Below, in pieces: positions 25,216 through 36,933 of a stretch of 64,000 bases of DNA. Positions within the stretch are counted from its first letter, which is position 1. Each line of letters begins with the position of its first letter. The translations under genes and the position numbers were made by a program. The notes under the pieces were generated by a model. That model saw nothing but the letters and a program-made list of their open reading frames with translations, ran no database searches and had not been told where the DNA came from. This DNA is from Sarea resinae (lineage: Eukaryota), in assembly GCA_026026165.1 (NCBI GenBank), contig JAPEUD010000012.1:124001-188000 (forward strand), in the 5' to 3' direction.

Positions 25216-26216
25216 AATACCGTTCAATGAAACTTCGACGAAATGGTCAGAACAGGCTATGCCTTTTCCTTCGCACTTGTTGTATGCATGAAGAAGCCCG
25301 TTGTCGAGCCCCGATGCAAAGACTGAATGGGCCCTGTTAGCATGAGGGAAGTATTTGTCACGACTGTGGGCTGCGGAGAGTATATTGGCTTGCTGCTTCC
25401 ATCGGATGAAGGAAACACGAACTGCATGTAGCAGTCGGAGGCGGTTCTTTCGTGGGAAGAAAGCTGGGACGGTATTGGATTGCGTATGTTCTCTCGAGCC
25501 TGGGTCTTCGCATTGGGGTCGACGATATGAGATATTCCCATATGCACACATATACATGATTGAACGCAAGTATGAATCAGGACTCTCGGATTTGGGTTTC
25601 TTGAGAATAGCAGAGACAGATCAAAATTCTCCTAGCCAGATGAGCGTCGGAACAATAATTTAAAATACTCTAGCCAACAAACAGTACCAAGTCGAAAGCA
25701 ATCAAGAAAGATATGACGCGCGAAAAAAGGAAAAGGAGACGGAAGCCCAATGACGCAGCCATTGGATTGAACAATTCAGCAAGATTTCCGGGAACCACGT
25801 CGATCACGATTGTTTGCTCTTTCGGGTCAGTGCAGGCGTATGACCTCGCAAGCGCAGTAGGCTTCCAGGAAGGTCGTGACCTAAGGCCGTGTCACAACTC
25901 AGCACGGTATGGCGATGGATGTGATAGCAATTGCAGTGAAGCTTTGGGCTATGAGCTCCATCTGGCATCAATTTGCCCTGGCGTACATGAAGTTACCTCT
26001 GAGTAGAAGAGGTTGATGAGTGAGGGGGGAAGTTGTGTTGTTCTGCAAAGGATGGCGGGCTTGCTGCGGCACTTACTACATGCGGTTAGCGGATATCTGC
26101 AGGCCGACGTTGTGACTTTGGCCCTTCGCGACCTGAGCGAGCTCGAGCTGATGCAGCAGATGAGAATTGTTTGCCAGTTTGGGGCAGACTGACGAGAAAT
26201 CCAACACCAAACAATC

Positions 26217-29200
26217 ATGGACTTACGTTTGTGGGTCTCTGATAATCTGATCAAGGTATGCAAATCATCTTCCACCCTTTGCTCGTCCTCACTAACCCCT
26301 AGTCAGCTCTCCGGAGTCTCTGATCCCACCATAGTCGACTTTGTGCTCGCCACCGCAAGCTCCGCCAAATCATCCTCGGCCCTCCACGAGAAGCTCTATG
26401 GCTTCCTGGACGGTTCTGAAGCCGAGGTCGAAAAGTTCAGCAATGACCTCTACCATCGTTTACCAAAGGCGAACGCGAACGGCGGCCATGCAGGGTCCAC
26501 GAAGAAGAAAGACAAGGAGGACGGCGCAAAGGAGGTGAAGAAGAGATACAAGCTTCTGGATATGGAAGAGGATGAGGCGTTACTGGGCCCGCCGAAAGTC
26601 CAGTCCACCGAACATAAGCGTGAGAGCAGGAAGCATCGCGGTGAGCGAGCTCGAGATGGTGAACATAAGAGGGAACCAAGTCGCGAACGCGATAGCACCC
26701 GCGAGCGGCCTTTACCCCATCGCTCCAAGAAGCTTCGACGGAGAGACGACGATGATTTTGACGAGAGATGGGGGGATGAAGAATTCGAGGAAGAGTTTGA
26801 GGAGTCTCCGGCAAAGCGGGTACGGTTGGATGACGAGGCGGCATCGCCGCGCGAAGAAGAATCCGACGTCGACGAAGAGACCAAGGCGGAGAGAGCGCGT
26901 GACCGCGACCTCGAAGAGAGGAAAGAGTTTGAGAGGCGACTCAAGGACAAAGACGATGAGAGGACCAAGAAATTGGTGGAAGATAGATCGTCAACCAAGG
27001 AAGGAAAGGCCCTGGCTCAACGTCGTGCTCTTGCAGAAGATGCAGCTGCGAGGAGTGCGGCTCTGCCCGACCTCCGAGAGCGGTCTCGACAGGAATATTT
27101 AAAGAAACGTGAGGTCGAGCGTCTAGCTCTTCTACGAAAGCAGGTCGCGGAAGAGACCGAGGAGCTGCGTAGCAATCCGGAAGGCTTGACCAGACGAGAA
27201 AAGGAGGAGTTCACCAAGAATAGAGAAGTCCTTCGGATTGCAGAGGAACGGCTGCGTGTTGACGATCACCGGGATGGCTACATGCTACCGGAAGATTATA
27301 TCACTGAGAAGGGCAAAATCGACCGAAAGCGCAAGGAAGAGGCTCTATACAAGAGATACGTGGACCGAGATGAGCATGGTCAAGAACGCTTTGTCTCCGA
27401 GCAAGAGGAGTGGGAGCGCGAGCAGACAGCCAAAGCCAAAGCCCAAATATCCAGGCCGGAGCTGGTCGATGAGGGCGATTATGAATACGTCTTTGATGAC
27501 GCCCAAAAGATCAATTTTATTATGGACACCAGGATGGAGGGCGATGGAAAGCCCATGACCAAGGAGCAAAGGATGGTACAGGATCAGCTCAAGGCCGCCG
27601 AACAAAAAGCTGCTACTATAGAGGAAACGAGGAAGAGTCTACCCATGTACACATTTCGTGAGGAACTGCTGGCCGCAGTCGCCGAGCATCAAGTTCTCAT
27701 CATCGTTGGAGAGACGGGAAGCGGGAAGACGACACAGATTCCGCAATACCTTCACGAGGCTGGGTACACCAAAGGAGGCCTCAAGGTTGGGTGTACGCAG
27801 CCTCGACGTGTTGCAGCTATGAGCGTGGCCGCACGTGTGGCAGATGAAATGGGAGTCAAAGTCGGCAATGAAGTTGGATACGCCATCCGTTTCGAGGATG
27901 CTACGAGCGACAAGACGGTTCTCAAGTATATGACTGACGGCATGCTACTGCGAGAGTTTCTCACCGAGCCAGATCTGGGCGGCTATTCCGCTCTGATGAT
28001 CGACGAGGCCCACGAGCGCACTCTTCACACGGATATTCTTTTTGGTCTAGTCAAGGATATAGCACGGTTCAGGCCGGAGCTCCGACTCCTCATCTCGTCG
28101 GCTACGATGGATGCGCAGAAATTCGCGAAGTTCTTCGATGATGCTCCCATCTTCAATATCCCTGGCCGCAGATATCCGGTCGACATCCACTACACCCCCC
28201 AACCAGAAGCCAATTACCTCGCCGCGGCCGTCACAACCATCTTCCAGATCCACATCACCCAGGGCAAAGGCGACATCCTCGTCTTCCTCACCGGCCAAGA
28301 AGAAATCGAGGCCGCAGAGCAGAACTTGCAAGAGACGGCGCGCAAACTAGGCAACAAAGTACCCGAGATGATCATCTGTCCCATCTACGCCAACCTGCCG
28401 TCAGAACTCCAAAGCAAGATCTTCGAACCCACACCGCCAGGGGCTCGCAAAGTCGTCTTGGCGACCAACATCGCAGAAACCAGTCTCACGATCGACGGCA
28501 TCGTCTACGTCATCGATCCGGGCTTCGTCAAGGAGAATGTCTACAACCCGCGCACAGGCATGGAATCGCTCGTCGTGACGCCGTGCTCGCGCGCGTCAGC
28601 CAATCAACGCAGCGGCCGCGCCGGTCGCGTTGGGCCGGGCAAATGCTTCCGCCTCTACACCAAATGGGCTTTTTACAACGAACTCGACGAGAATACGACA
28701 CCAGAGATCCAACGCACGAACCTGAACTCGGTCGTGCTTCTCCTGAAGTCGCTCGGCATCAACGATCTGATCGACTTCGACTTCATGGACCCGCCGCCGG
28801 CCGAGACGCTCATCCGCGCGCTCGAGCAACTATACGCGCTCGGTGCGCTCAACGACCGCGGCGAACTAACCAAAGTCGGGCGGCAGATGGCGGAGTTCCC
28901 CACGGACCCCATGCTCGCCAAGTCGATCCTGGCGGCCGACAAGCTCGGCTGCGTCGAGGAGGTCCTCTCGATCGTCTCCATGCTCGCGGAATCGTCGTCG
29001 CTGTTCTACCGGCCCAAGGACAAGAAAATCCACGCCGACTCGGCCCGGGCCCGCTTCACCATCAAGGACGGCGGCGACCACCTCACGCTGCTGAACATCT
29101 GGAACCAGTGGGTCGACAGCGACTTCTCGTTTGTGTGGGCGCGCGAGAACTTCCTGCAGCAGCGGTCGCTGACGCGGGCGCGCGACATCCGCGACCAGCT

Positions 29201-29618
29201 CAGCAAGCTGTGCGACCGGGTCGAGGTGACGCTGTCGACGGCGGGCGCGGCCGACATCCCGCGCATCGCCAAGGCGCTGACGGCCGGCTTCTTCCCCAAC
29301 GCCGCCCGCCTGCAGCGCGGCGGCGACTCGTACCGCACCGTCAAGAACGGCCTCTCCGTCTACGTCCACCCCAGCAGCGTACTGTTCGAGGTCAATCCCA
29401 AGTGGCTCGTCTACTACGAGCTCGTGCTCACGTCCAAGGAGTACATGCGCAGCGTCTTTCCCCTGCAGCCCGAGTGGCTCGTCGAGGTCGCCCCGCATTA
29501 TCACAAGCGCGCCGATCTGGATAAGTTGGGCGTCGAGAAGAAGATGCCCAGGGGCCAGGGCGCGGCCGCTGCTACTACTACTACTACTACTGCGACTGCT
29601 GCTGGCTCGGCGAGGTAG
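26217..29618 (+). CDS. PRP2: Pre-mRNA splicing DEAH-box helicase Prp2/Cdc28/DHX16
   Basis: [47 protein letters not shown]16-type N-terminus ([13 protein letters not shown]). Probable in-frame intron 26256-26306. Confidence 0.95.
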   Translation: MDLRLWVSDNLIKVCKSSSTLCSSSLTPSQLSGVSDPTIVDFVLATASSAKSSSALHEKLYGFLDGSEAEVEKFSNDLYHRLPKANANGGHAGSTKKKDKEDGAKEVKKRYKLLDMEEDEALLGPPKVQSTEHKRESRKHRGERARDGEHKREPSRERDSTRERPLPHRSKKLRRRDDDDFDERWGDEEFEEEFEESPAKRVRLDDEAASPREEESDVDEETKAERARDRDLEERKEFERRLKDKDDERTKKLVEDRSSTKEGKALAQRRALAEDAAARSAALPDLRERSRQEYLKKREVERLALLRKQVAEETEELRSNPEGLTRREKEEFTKNREVLRIAEERLRVDDHRDGYMLPEDYITEKGKIDRKRKEEALYKRYVDRDEHGQERFVSEQEEWEREQTAKAKAQISRPELVDEGDYEYVFDDAQKINFIMDTRMEGDGKPMTKEQRMVQDQLKAAEQKAATIEETRKSLPMYTFREELLAAVAEHQVLIIVGETGSGKTTQIPQYLHEAGYTKGGLKVGCTQPRRVAAMSVAARVADEMGVKVGNEVGYAIRFEDATSDKTVLKYMTDGMLLREFLTEPDLGGYSALMIDEAHERTLHTDILFGLVKDIARFRPELRLLISSATMDAQKFAKFFDDAPIFNIPGRRYPVDIHYTPQPEANYLAAAVTTIFQIHITQGKGDILVFLTGQEEIEAAEQNLQETARKLGNKVPEMIICPIYANLPSELQSKIFEPTPPGARKVVLATNIAETSLTIDGIVYVIDPGFVKENVYNPRTGMESLVVTPCSRASANQRSGRAGRVGPGKCFRLYTKWAFYNELDENTTPEIQRTNLNSVVLLLKSLGINDLIDFDFMDPPPAETLIRALEQLYALGALNDRGELTKVGRQMAEFPTDPMLAKSILAADKLGCVEEVLSIVSMLAESSSLFYRPKDKKIHADSARARFTIKDGGDHLTLLNIWNQWVDSDFSFVWARENFLQQRSLTRARDIRDQLSKLCDRVEVTLSTAGAADIPRIAKALTAGFFPNAARLQRGGDSYRTVKNGLSVYVHPSSVLFEVNPKWLVYYELVLTSKEYMRSVFPLQPEWLVEVAPHYHKRADLDKLGVEKKMPRGQGAAAATTTTTTATAAGSAR

Positions 29619-29831
29619 TGGAGAATTTGCTCAGGAGGGGCTCCTCCTGTAGGCCTCAGCGCGGACTTGGTGTATGGTACTTTTCAGACTGGCTTGTTCT
29701 TTGTACATGATTCTCAATCTTCAAGCATAGCGTGGTGATTGTTAATTCCGTAATCCATTTGACCAAATAGTAGCAAATGTAGAAAATCTTTTGGACAAGA
29801 ATAACAATCCCGTCTCCTTTATCACCGTCAC

Positions 29832-29832
<1 letters not shown>

Positions 29833-29880
<48 letters not shown>
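29833..29880. repeat. (CAT)n microsatellite
   Basis: About 16 perfect copies, read directly. Confidence 0.95.
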
Positions 29881-30321
29881 GAGAAAATATCGCCTTGCGT
29901 CATGCTTTTTGCTTCATTGGTTCATTCATTCAATCTACCGTATCTAACAAATCATAGCGGGGCTATCTGCAATCTCATCTATCTACTCTGCTGCATGCCT
30001 ATGTAACCATTGCCGTGCGTAATAATTACACAATCCTAGCCAGGCTGGTTTGCCAACAGCATGGTGCAGAAAGAAAGAGTTTGTGGGGTGGGGTGGGGAA
30101 AAGCGAGAGTGTGTGGTATCGTAAACAAATCATAGTCTTGTCATGCATGAGGTGGGACAGTGCAAAAGGAAAAAGCAAACGGAAAACAAAAAGATCCCAC
30201 ACCGGAAGAGACGAGAACTCCCCGCCTCCCTAGACCCGTATGAATTGTCAATGCGAATCGTGACAGTGATGACAATGGAATTTCCCATCGCATCGCATCT
30301 CATCTCATCTCATACGTGAGA

Positions 30322-32478
30322 CTAACTTCCAAAGGTCATGGACCGAGCCGGTCCAGTAGCAGGGGGATCGTCCTCCTTGTTCTTATTGAACCAGCCCATC
30401 CAACTTGACCGTTTAGCAGCGGCAGCGGCCTTCTTCGCGGCCTCCTCTGCCTCACGGGCCTGTTCGACATTCTCTTCCACGAGGCGCAGAGGTCTCAATT
30501 TGTTACCAGCAACGACCGCGCCCGAGCCCGGCAGCGAAGACGAAGATGCCACTCCCGGACCGCTGCTGCCGCCTGCGAAGCCCGAGCCGACGCCGACGCC
30601 GGAGAGACGCGGTGGACTCGCATTACTGTCGACCTCTCCAGAGTAGTCGCTGACAACACTATTAGAGCTGCTGCCCACCTTGTCCTTTTGATCAGGCGCG
30701 AGAGAGCCGGATGGGACGCGAGCAGCCGCATTCGGATTGCCTGAAACGAGCGGCGGGCTGAAGAAGCTGGATCGAGATGTGGCGGATGAGCTTGAGCCGG
30801 CGAGGACTCCTGCTGTTGGGCTAATTGGGCCAGAACCAGAGGAGGCATAAGACGGCGGGCCGCGGTACATATTATTGACGACAGTCGCGTGAGTCCATTC
30901 CGAGTTCGCTCTTCGATGCCCATGGGCTCGCACCGACTGAGATCGGTTGACCGGAATGCTAGGTGCCGTCGCGGCATCTCCACTCGGTGCCGGTCCGGGT
31001 GAAGCACCACTCGTCGATGGCGGTGAAGAAATATGACTCGCCGGTCTCGCCTTAGGCCTGATGCCGCCGCCTGCTACTGACTTAGCTCTTTGTAGCAGAG
31101 ATGGACCAGCGTTATCTTTTACCGGTGGGGTGGGTGGGAGCTCTTTGTCTCGCGAATTGGTCTGCCGACTGGGCTCAGGGCCGGACATGAGATTTGGAGT
31201 CTTGTCCAGGATCGCCTCGAAGTCCTTGTGCTGCAGAAGCCGCTCGATGATGTTGTTGATGTAAAGCGTGAGAGCCTTGTTTTGGTCCTTGAGGGTCTTG
31301 GCCTCGGACTCCAGCTTGCGGTAGTTTTCGCTTTCGCCCACGGCCGCGGATTCCAGTTCGTCGGCCAGGCTGGAGCCGAGTCTGCTCGACGTGTCCGAAG
31401 CTGAAGACCCTTGCATGAAGTCGGCTTTGGAGAAGTCGCCGTTCAATGTTTTCTCGCTCAGAAGCAGCTGAAAACTCTCGTTGTCCTCCATCAGTCTCGC
31501 GTTGGCCATGCGAGTCTCGAGCAGAACCCTCTCAAGGTCCTGCAGACGGCCGCCACCCATGTTTTCCATTTCGACTAGCTTGATCTGAGCCTCCGCGAGC
31601 TCAAGGCGTAGAGACTCGATGACCTTGTCCTTTTGCAGGATCAGCTTTGAGTTGCTCTTCGAGTCGCTGCGATTGAGCGACGTCGGCGGCGCAAAGTGGT
31701 CCCTGTCAAGACTTGGGGACGAATTACTTCGGATGGCAGCTGGTGTATATTAGCCGGTGAGTTCCGTAACAAGACTTTCGAGGGACATACAAGCTCGAGG
31801 GTCCCTGTCCTCGTCTTCAAAGCTAGCACGCATGTCGCGTTGCTGGGATAATGCCTCCTTGAGACGCTGAATCACCTCTTCCAGCTCCTCCTCGCGAGTC
31901 GCTTGCTCTTCCTTTTCTCGCATCATCGCCACTCGCTCTGATTCGTATATACTTTCCAGCTCACGCTTCTGCCTCAAGGTCTCCCTGTTGTCATTCTCGA
32001 GGCCCTCTATCCGCTCGTCGTTCTCGTGAGCTTTATCCTCGAGCTTGCCCTGTTCGCGGATCGCATCATCAAGTCGAGACTGGACCACGGCTAATTGACG
32101 CTGGTACTCCTCGGAGGCAGTCTCGGCCTTTTGGAGGCGTAACTTGAGATCGTCGATCAAGGCCGCCGTCTCTGCTCGAGTGTCATCGTCAACACCGTCG
32201 TGGGAGGTGGTGGAGATGGCGCTGGTGCTCCGAGTGGTGGTCGGGACTGGGCGTTTGGCCGCAGCACGAGCGGATACTGGAGTTCCAATGGAGCCTCTCG
32301 AAGACCGAGTCCGAGTGACACCGTTGGAGGCAGGAGCTGAAGATGGCGTCGGAGACCTGGCCGGCACACGCCCTGTCGCGGATGGTGGAGTGGGCGGGTT
32401 CGTTGATGACCGCCGACCATGAGCCGGGACGTGACCGTGGCCAGTCTGCGAGACTGGTTTCTTGATGGCTGCAGACAT
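30322..32478 (-). CDS. Fungal coiled-coil protein of unknown function, 2 exons
   Basis: Intron 31740-31790 (GTATGT..CAG, CTAAT branch) joins two ORFs; long heptad regions (LMEDNESFQLLL, LKDQNKALTLYINNIIERLL). Confidence 0.85.
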
Positions 32479-33510
32479 GGTGGACGTTGGATGAAGCGAC
32501 GCGTCAAAGTCGGAAAAAGGAGTCGGGCTTTTGACAGTTGTCGCTGACAACAAGCATGGACAGCTCGATACGTATAGACCGGCGCGATCGTGTCGATAGA
32601 GGTGTGGAGGTGACAGATGTTATGGGGACTTCATCTGGGTAAATAACCTCCTTTCAACTCTTTCAAGCGCTCGGAGAGGGGGGAGAGGATCGAGCAAAAG
32701 CTGCTCGACGATGACTGATGAGTTGATGGGAGAAAATCGGCAGATAGGAGAGAGCGAGTTGTTGTCCTGGGGGAAAGCGAAAGATAATTTGGGGCTACCC
32801 CGGCGACAGACTCTAGTACGGATTGGATACTTGGTCGACGGACAGCCCTGTAGGTCAGGCCCAAGTAGCGCCTCGTACCACGGGTCGTGCCTTGCAGTAT
32901 TCGTACATCAGACAACAACGACCACAACAACACAACCACAACGGACGCAGGACCGACCGACTGCGCCTTCTGTTGGGAGTCGTGATGGTGTGGCACAGCC
33001 CAGCACAGCACGCACTGCAGTGTAAAAACTCAGGCAGGCTGGCAAGCTGGCAGCTCGGCCGCCTTCTATCTTCTATAAATAAGGTGAATATTCAGGGAGA
33101 TACAAGGGATAGGAAGGAGAACAGCGAGAGGAAGGTGGATGGCCGTTGTCTACGTCTGGCTGCTGCAACTGGAACGGTAGTTTCACTGTAACCGTATCCT
33201 CGACTCCTTTTGCTAAGTGAAGGAGAGTCGTACGGAGTACGACAGGAAACAGCTGGAGGGTGATTACTATGTAGGGGACCAAAGGACGGCTTCCGAAGGG
33301 ATCAAACGAAGGGCCGGAAGGTCAACGGCCTTTAACGCGTTCCATCCAAGGGCGGCACTCAAGATGCCCGATCCAATCTCCTAGGTGTGGATCCGATTCC
33401 GATGCCCTGCAAGTACTCGTACTTTGTAGGTACGTAGACTCTCTGCCGACATGGGCCCCGAAAGAGGTATACCGGGTATGTCAGGTACAGCGCATGATCC
33501 TCCCTCCATC

Positions 33511-33567
33511 TAGGGCTCCATCGTCCAAGACCTCAAAGTAGTCCCTTCGTACTCTTCTCAAGCCCTA
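33511..33567. promoter_or_regulatory. Inverted pair TAGGGCT (33511-33517) / AGCCCTA (33561-33567) upstream of RPL30
   Basis: Same 7-mer found upstream of RPL42 and RPL10; 90-150 bp before the ATG. Confidence 0.45.
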
Positions 33568-33659
33568 GCATCTTCCTCTTTCCTCCATATTCACCCATAC
33601 AAAACACCAAAAGTCCGGAGTGCTTCTCAAGATCATTGCAATCCCCAAGAAGCGCAGCG

Positions 33660-34152
33660 ATGGCACCAAAGAAGACCAAGACAGCCGACAGCATCAACTC
33701 GCGCCTAGCGCTTGTAATGAAGTCCGGCAAAGGTGCGCTCGCTGTCTCATTCCTCGCGCCGATAGCACAAACCTGACAGTGGTCGCAGTCACCCTGGGCT
33801 ACAAATCCACCCTCAAGTCCCTCCGGTCTGGAAAGGCCAAGCTCGTCATCATTGCGGGCAACACGCCTCCTCTCCGAAAGAGCGAGCTGGAGTACTACTC
33901 CATGCTGTCAAAGACCAACGTGCACCATTTCTCTGGCAACAACGTAAGACGCAGCCCGCCGTCGGACCCATTTCGGGCTGGATGGCTTACCCAGCGAAGA
34001 AGTCTTCCTGTAAGACTTTGGAGGGTAATCGCATGACTAACATTTCATCGCAGATTGAATTGGGTACCGCGTGCGGAAAGCTCTTCCGATGCTCGACCAT
34101 GGCTGTCTTGGATGCCGGTGACTCAGATATCCTCAGCGGTCAGACCGCATAA
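33660..34152 (+). CDS. RPL30: 60S ribosomal protein eL30, 3 exons
   Basis: [89 protein letters not shown]...DAGDSDIL. Introns 33734-33788 and 33944-34053. Confidence 0.97.
33987..34028 (+). promoter_or_regulatory. Intronic kink-turn RNA hairpin, candidate eL30-binding splicing regulator
   Basis: UUACCC/GGGUAA C-stem, AGC bulge, G.A, A.G, A.G, G.U pairs, AAGUCUU/AAGACUU stem, 5-nt loop; ends 6 nt before branch motif GACTAAC (34035-34041). Confidence 0.7.
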
Positions 34153-34440
34153 GCCTTGAGCGAGGATGTGGAGGAAAGGGATTGTACTCCGTATGCGTCA
34201 GATAGACTATGAAATGACTGCGATCACTACCTTGCTCTTCGTTGCGCCTCTAACGTGACGAAGTGCAGCGTTCACTGCACAAGCAACGACTATTTCTCCA
34301 CAATCTGATCGTCGGCTTTTGGATGAGTCGTACTTCGTACTCCCGTCATTTTCCATCTACCTTACCTACCTTATGAATCAGACCCCAAATTGTGAATACC
34401 GTACTAGTAAAATCGCATGCCCGGGGCTGTTCGATGTGAG

Positions 34441-34447
34441 TAGGGCT
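34441..34447. promoter_or_regulatory. TAGGGCT motif upstream of RPL10
   Basis: About 200 bp before ATG 34647; shared with the other two RP genes. Confidence 0.4.
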
Positions 34448-34646
34448 CGCTTATGCGACTGCGATTTCCGTTTTCGCTTGTTTCGGATCAATGTGGGCGA
34501 ATTGCCACTAGCGTGCTTGGTAATCGAAATGCGCAATCGTGAGAGAATAGAGAGAACAAGGCGAAGACGACTTCCACTTAAACCTCGACCATCGACCATC
34601 TCCTACGACAACACATCCAGCGGATTCTTATCACAATACCGTCAAG

Positions 34647-35572
34647 ATGGCCCGTCGCCCAGCAAGATGTTACCGCTACTGCAAGAACAAGGTACGATTT
34701 TTGCTCTTTTGCGTGAATTCCTAGAGTCAAGTGGGATCGATCAACGACTCCAAAATCATCAGAGAGCCGTCAAAGATGATCCCTCGTGATCCCGTCGGAT
34801 TGGAATCAACGCGGTCTATGGCAGAGATCTGACTTTTCTGCAGCCGTACCCCAAGTCCCGCTTCAACCGTGGTGTACCCGACCCTAAGATCCGTATCTTC
34901 GATCTTGGCCGTAAGCGCGCCAACGTCGACGAGTTCCCTCTGTGCATCCACTTGGTCTCGAACGAATATGAGCAAGTGAGCTCCGAGGCTCTCGAAGCCG
35001 CCCGTATTTGCGCCAACAAGTTAGTTTTCATCATCCGGGACGAGATGTGAAAGGGTCTAATATGGTCGCTCTAGATACCTCGTCAAGGTTGCTGGAAAGG
35101 AAGGTTTCCATCTCCGTGTCCGCGCCCACCCGTACCACGTCGTCCGAATCAACAAGATGTTGTCGTGCGCCGGAGCCGATAGACTCCAAACCGGTATGCG
35201 TGGCGCTTTCGGCAAGCCCAACGGCAGTGTCGCTCGTGTCAACATTGGCCAGATCATCCTCAGTGTGCGAACGAGAGATGCTCGTAAGTCGCCTTTCTGT
35301 GAAGAATGGAAGATTTCTGTCTGACTGGATACGCAGACCGTGCTACCGCCATCGAAGCCCTCCGCCGCTCGCAATACAAGTTCCCTGGCCGCCAAAAGAT
35401 CATCGTCTCCAAGAACTGGGGCTTCACCCCCCTACGCCGTGAGGAGTACATTGAGAAGCGCCAAGAGGGCCGCGTTCGCGTCGACGGCGCCTACGTCCAG
35501 TTCCTCCGCAACAAGGGACCGCTCAAGTACAACGTTTCGCGTTTCCCGGAAGCTTTTGAGACTGCTGCTTAG
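34647..35572 (+). CDS. RPL10: 60S ribosomal protein uL16 (L10/QM), 4 exons
   Basis: [39 protein letters not shown]...[24 protein letters not shown]...[17 protein letters not shown]. Introns 34692-34843, about 35020-35074, about 35284-35337. Confidence 0.97.
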
Positions 35573-36933
35573 AGAAGATGCTCTGAAGACAAGTTTATGA
35601 TTTTCTCGTTTTCTACTATCCGGCAGGCTTCATTCATCATTCATGGCTCTGAGGGGACGGATGGTTGGGCAGCATGACGTTATGTCTTCCGTTCGTTTGA
35701 CATGTATATCTACAAAGACGTGCGCACGCAACTAGCTAGCTAGGCAGGCTCAGGTCGTTGGTCTCAGTAGACGATGGAATGCATACGCTTTGCTCCCATT
35801 TGGAAGGAACTTGAATATTGTCGTGTTTGCGATGGAGCTCTCATCCAGCAGAATCTCGTATCTGGGTCTCAGGTGGGATCTCGTAATTATGCCGAATTCT
35901 AAGAATACGTAACTTCGTACAACCGTCCCTTGCCATCGTCCCTTGCCATCGCCCAATGTACCATATATGCTACAGCTAAGGGGCTGTGTGAGATGTCAGC
36001 TTTCAAGCTCCAAATATATCAGGATATCATCACCCGTGAATGCTTACCCCATGAAGCTACATAGTAAGGCACTCTACGAAGTACTCTACCTACGATGGTT
36101 GTATTGACGCTGGTGGCGTTGTGGTGCTGGTGGCGCAGTGATCGAGTCAACGAAAAAGCAACGTTGACTCGCATCTCGATGACCGATCGAGTCAAGGGAG
36201 CGTGGGATGGAGCAGTCGTGAAGCTGAAGTCACTGGGGACTTCTGACACGGACAGATCACTCGTACTCGTCCGTCGTCGATGTAGCTGTACTTGGAGTTC
36301 TCCGCATCGCAAGGCGGTGTGAGGGGTCACTTGGACCAACGTGGCCAAGGCAATCTAATCGCTGGCGACTTGCGACCGGACACGATGACCTTCCTCGACG
36401 CTGCTTGGACGGTCAGGACAGACAGCAAATGTCGAGAGGAGATGATGTGATAGTAGAATAGAACATGCCATGCTCGATTGCCCCTCTGCTGCTACTGTGG
36501 TATCATGCCCATCTCACCGTCAGCCGCGACGCCATCAGCAGGTATTCGGACTGCTGTCATGGTCGATAAGCTACAAGCTATCGCGTGAACCCGGAAGCAG
36601 TTGGAGCTACTACTTGACTCTAGAGTAGAGCTCGAGACAACCAGACCAAGCCGGACAGACGGTCGATGATCAGGTCGTCTTCTCTCTCCTCTGCCCTACC
36701 TCTACTCGTACTCTTCCTCGAGCATCATTCAAACATCATCATCTTCTTTTTCTTCTTTTATGGGGTTCACCTGCTTGTGACTGTCATCTGATACCCCGTT
36801 CTGGTGGGCGGTTCCCAAATCTGTTGAGTGTGTCGACGTCAGAGACTCTTATCGCCTCGACGGCCTTCAAGGGGCGTCTATCTTGTAGCTTTTCATTTCA
36901 CCTCGATACCCGTACGACGACTTGCTTTCATCT

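Noticed and set aside
28583..29524. 313-aa alternative-frame ORF and 212-aa antisense ORF
   Set aside because: Explained by high third-position GC in the Prp2 gene.
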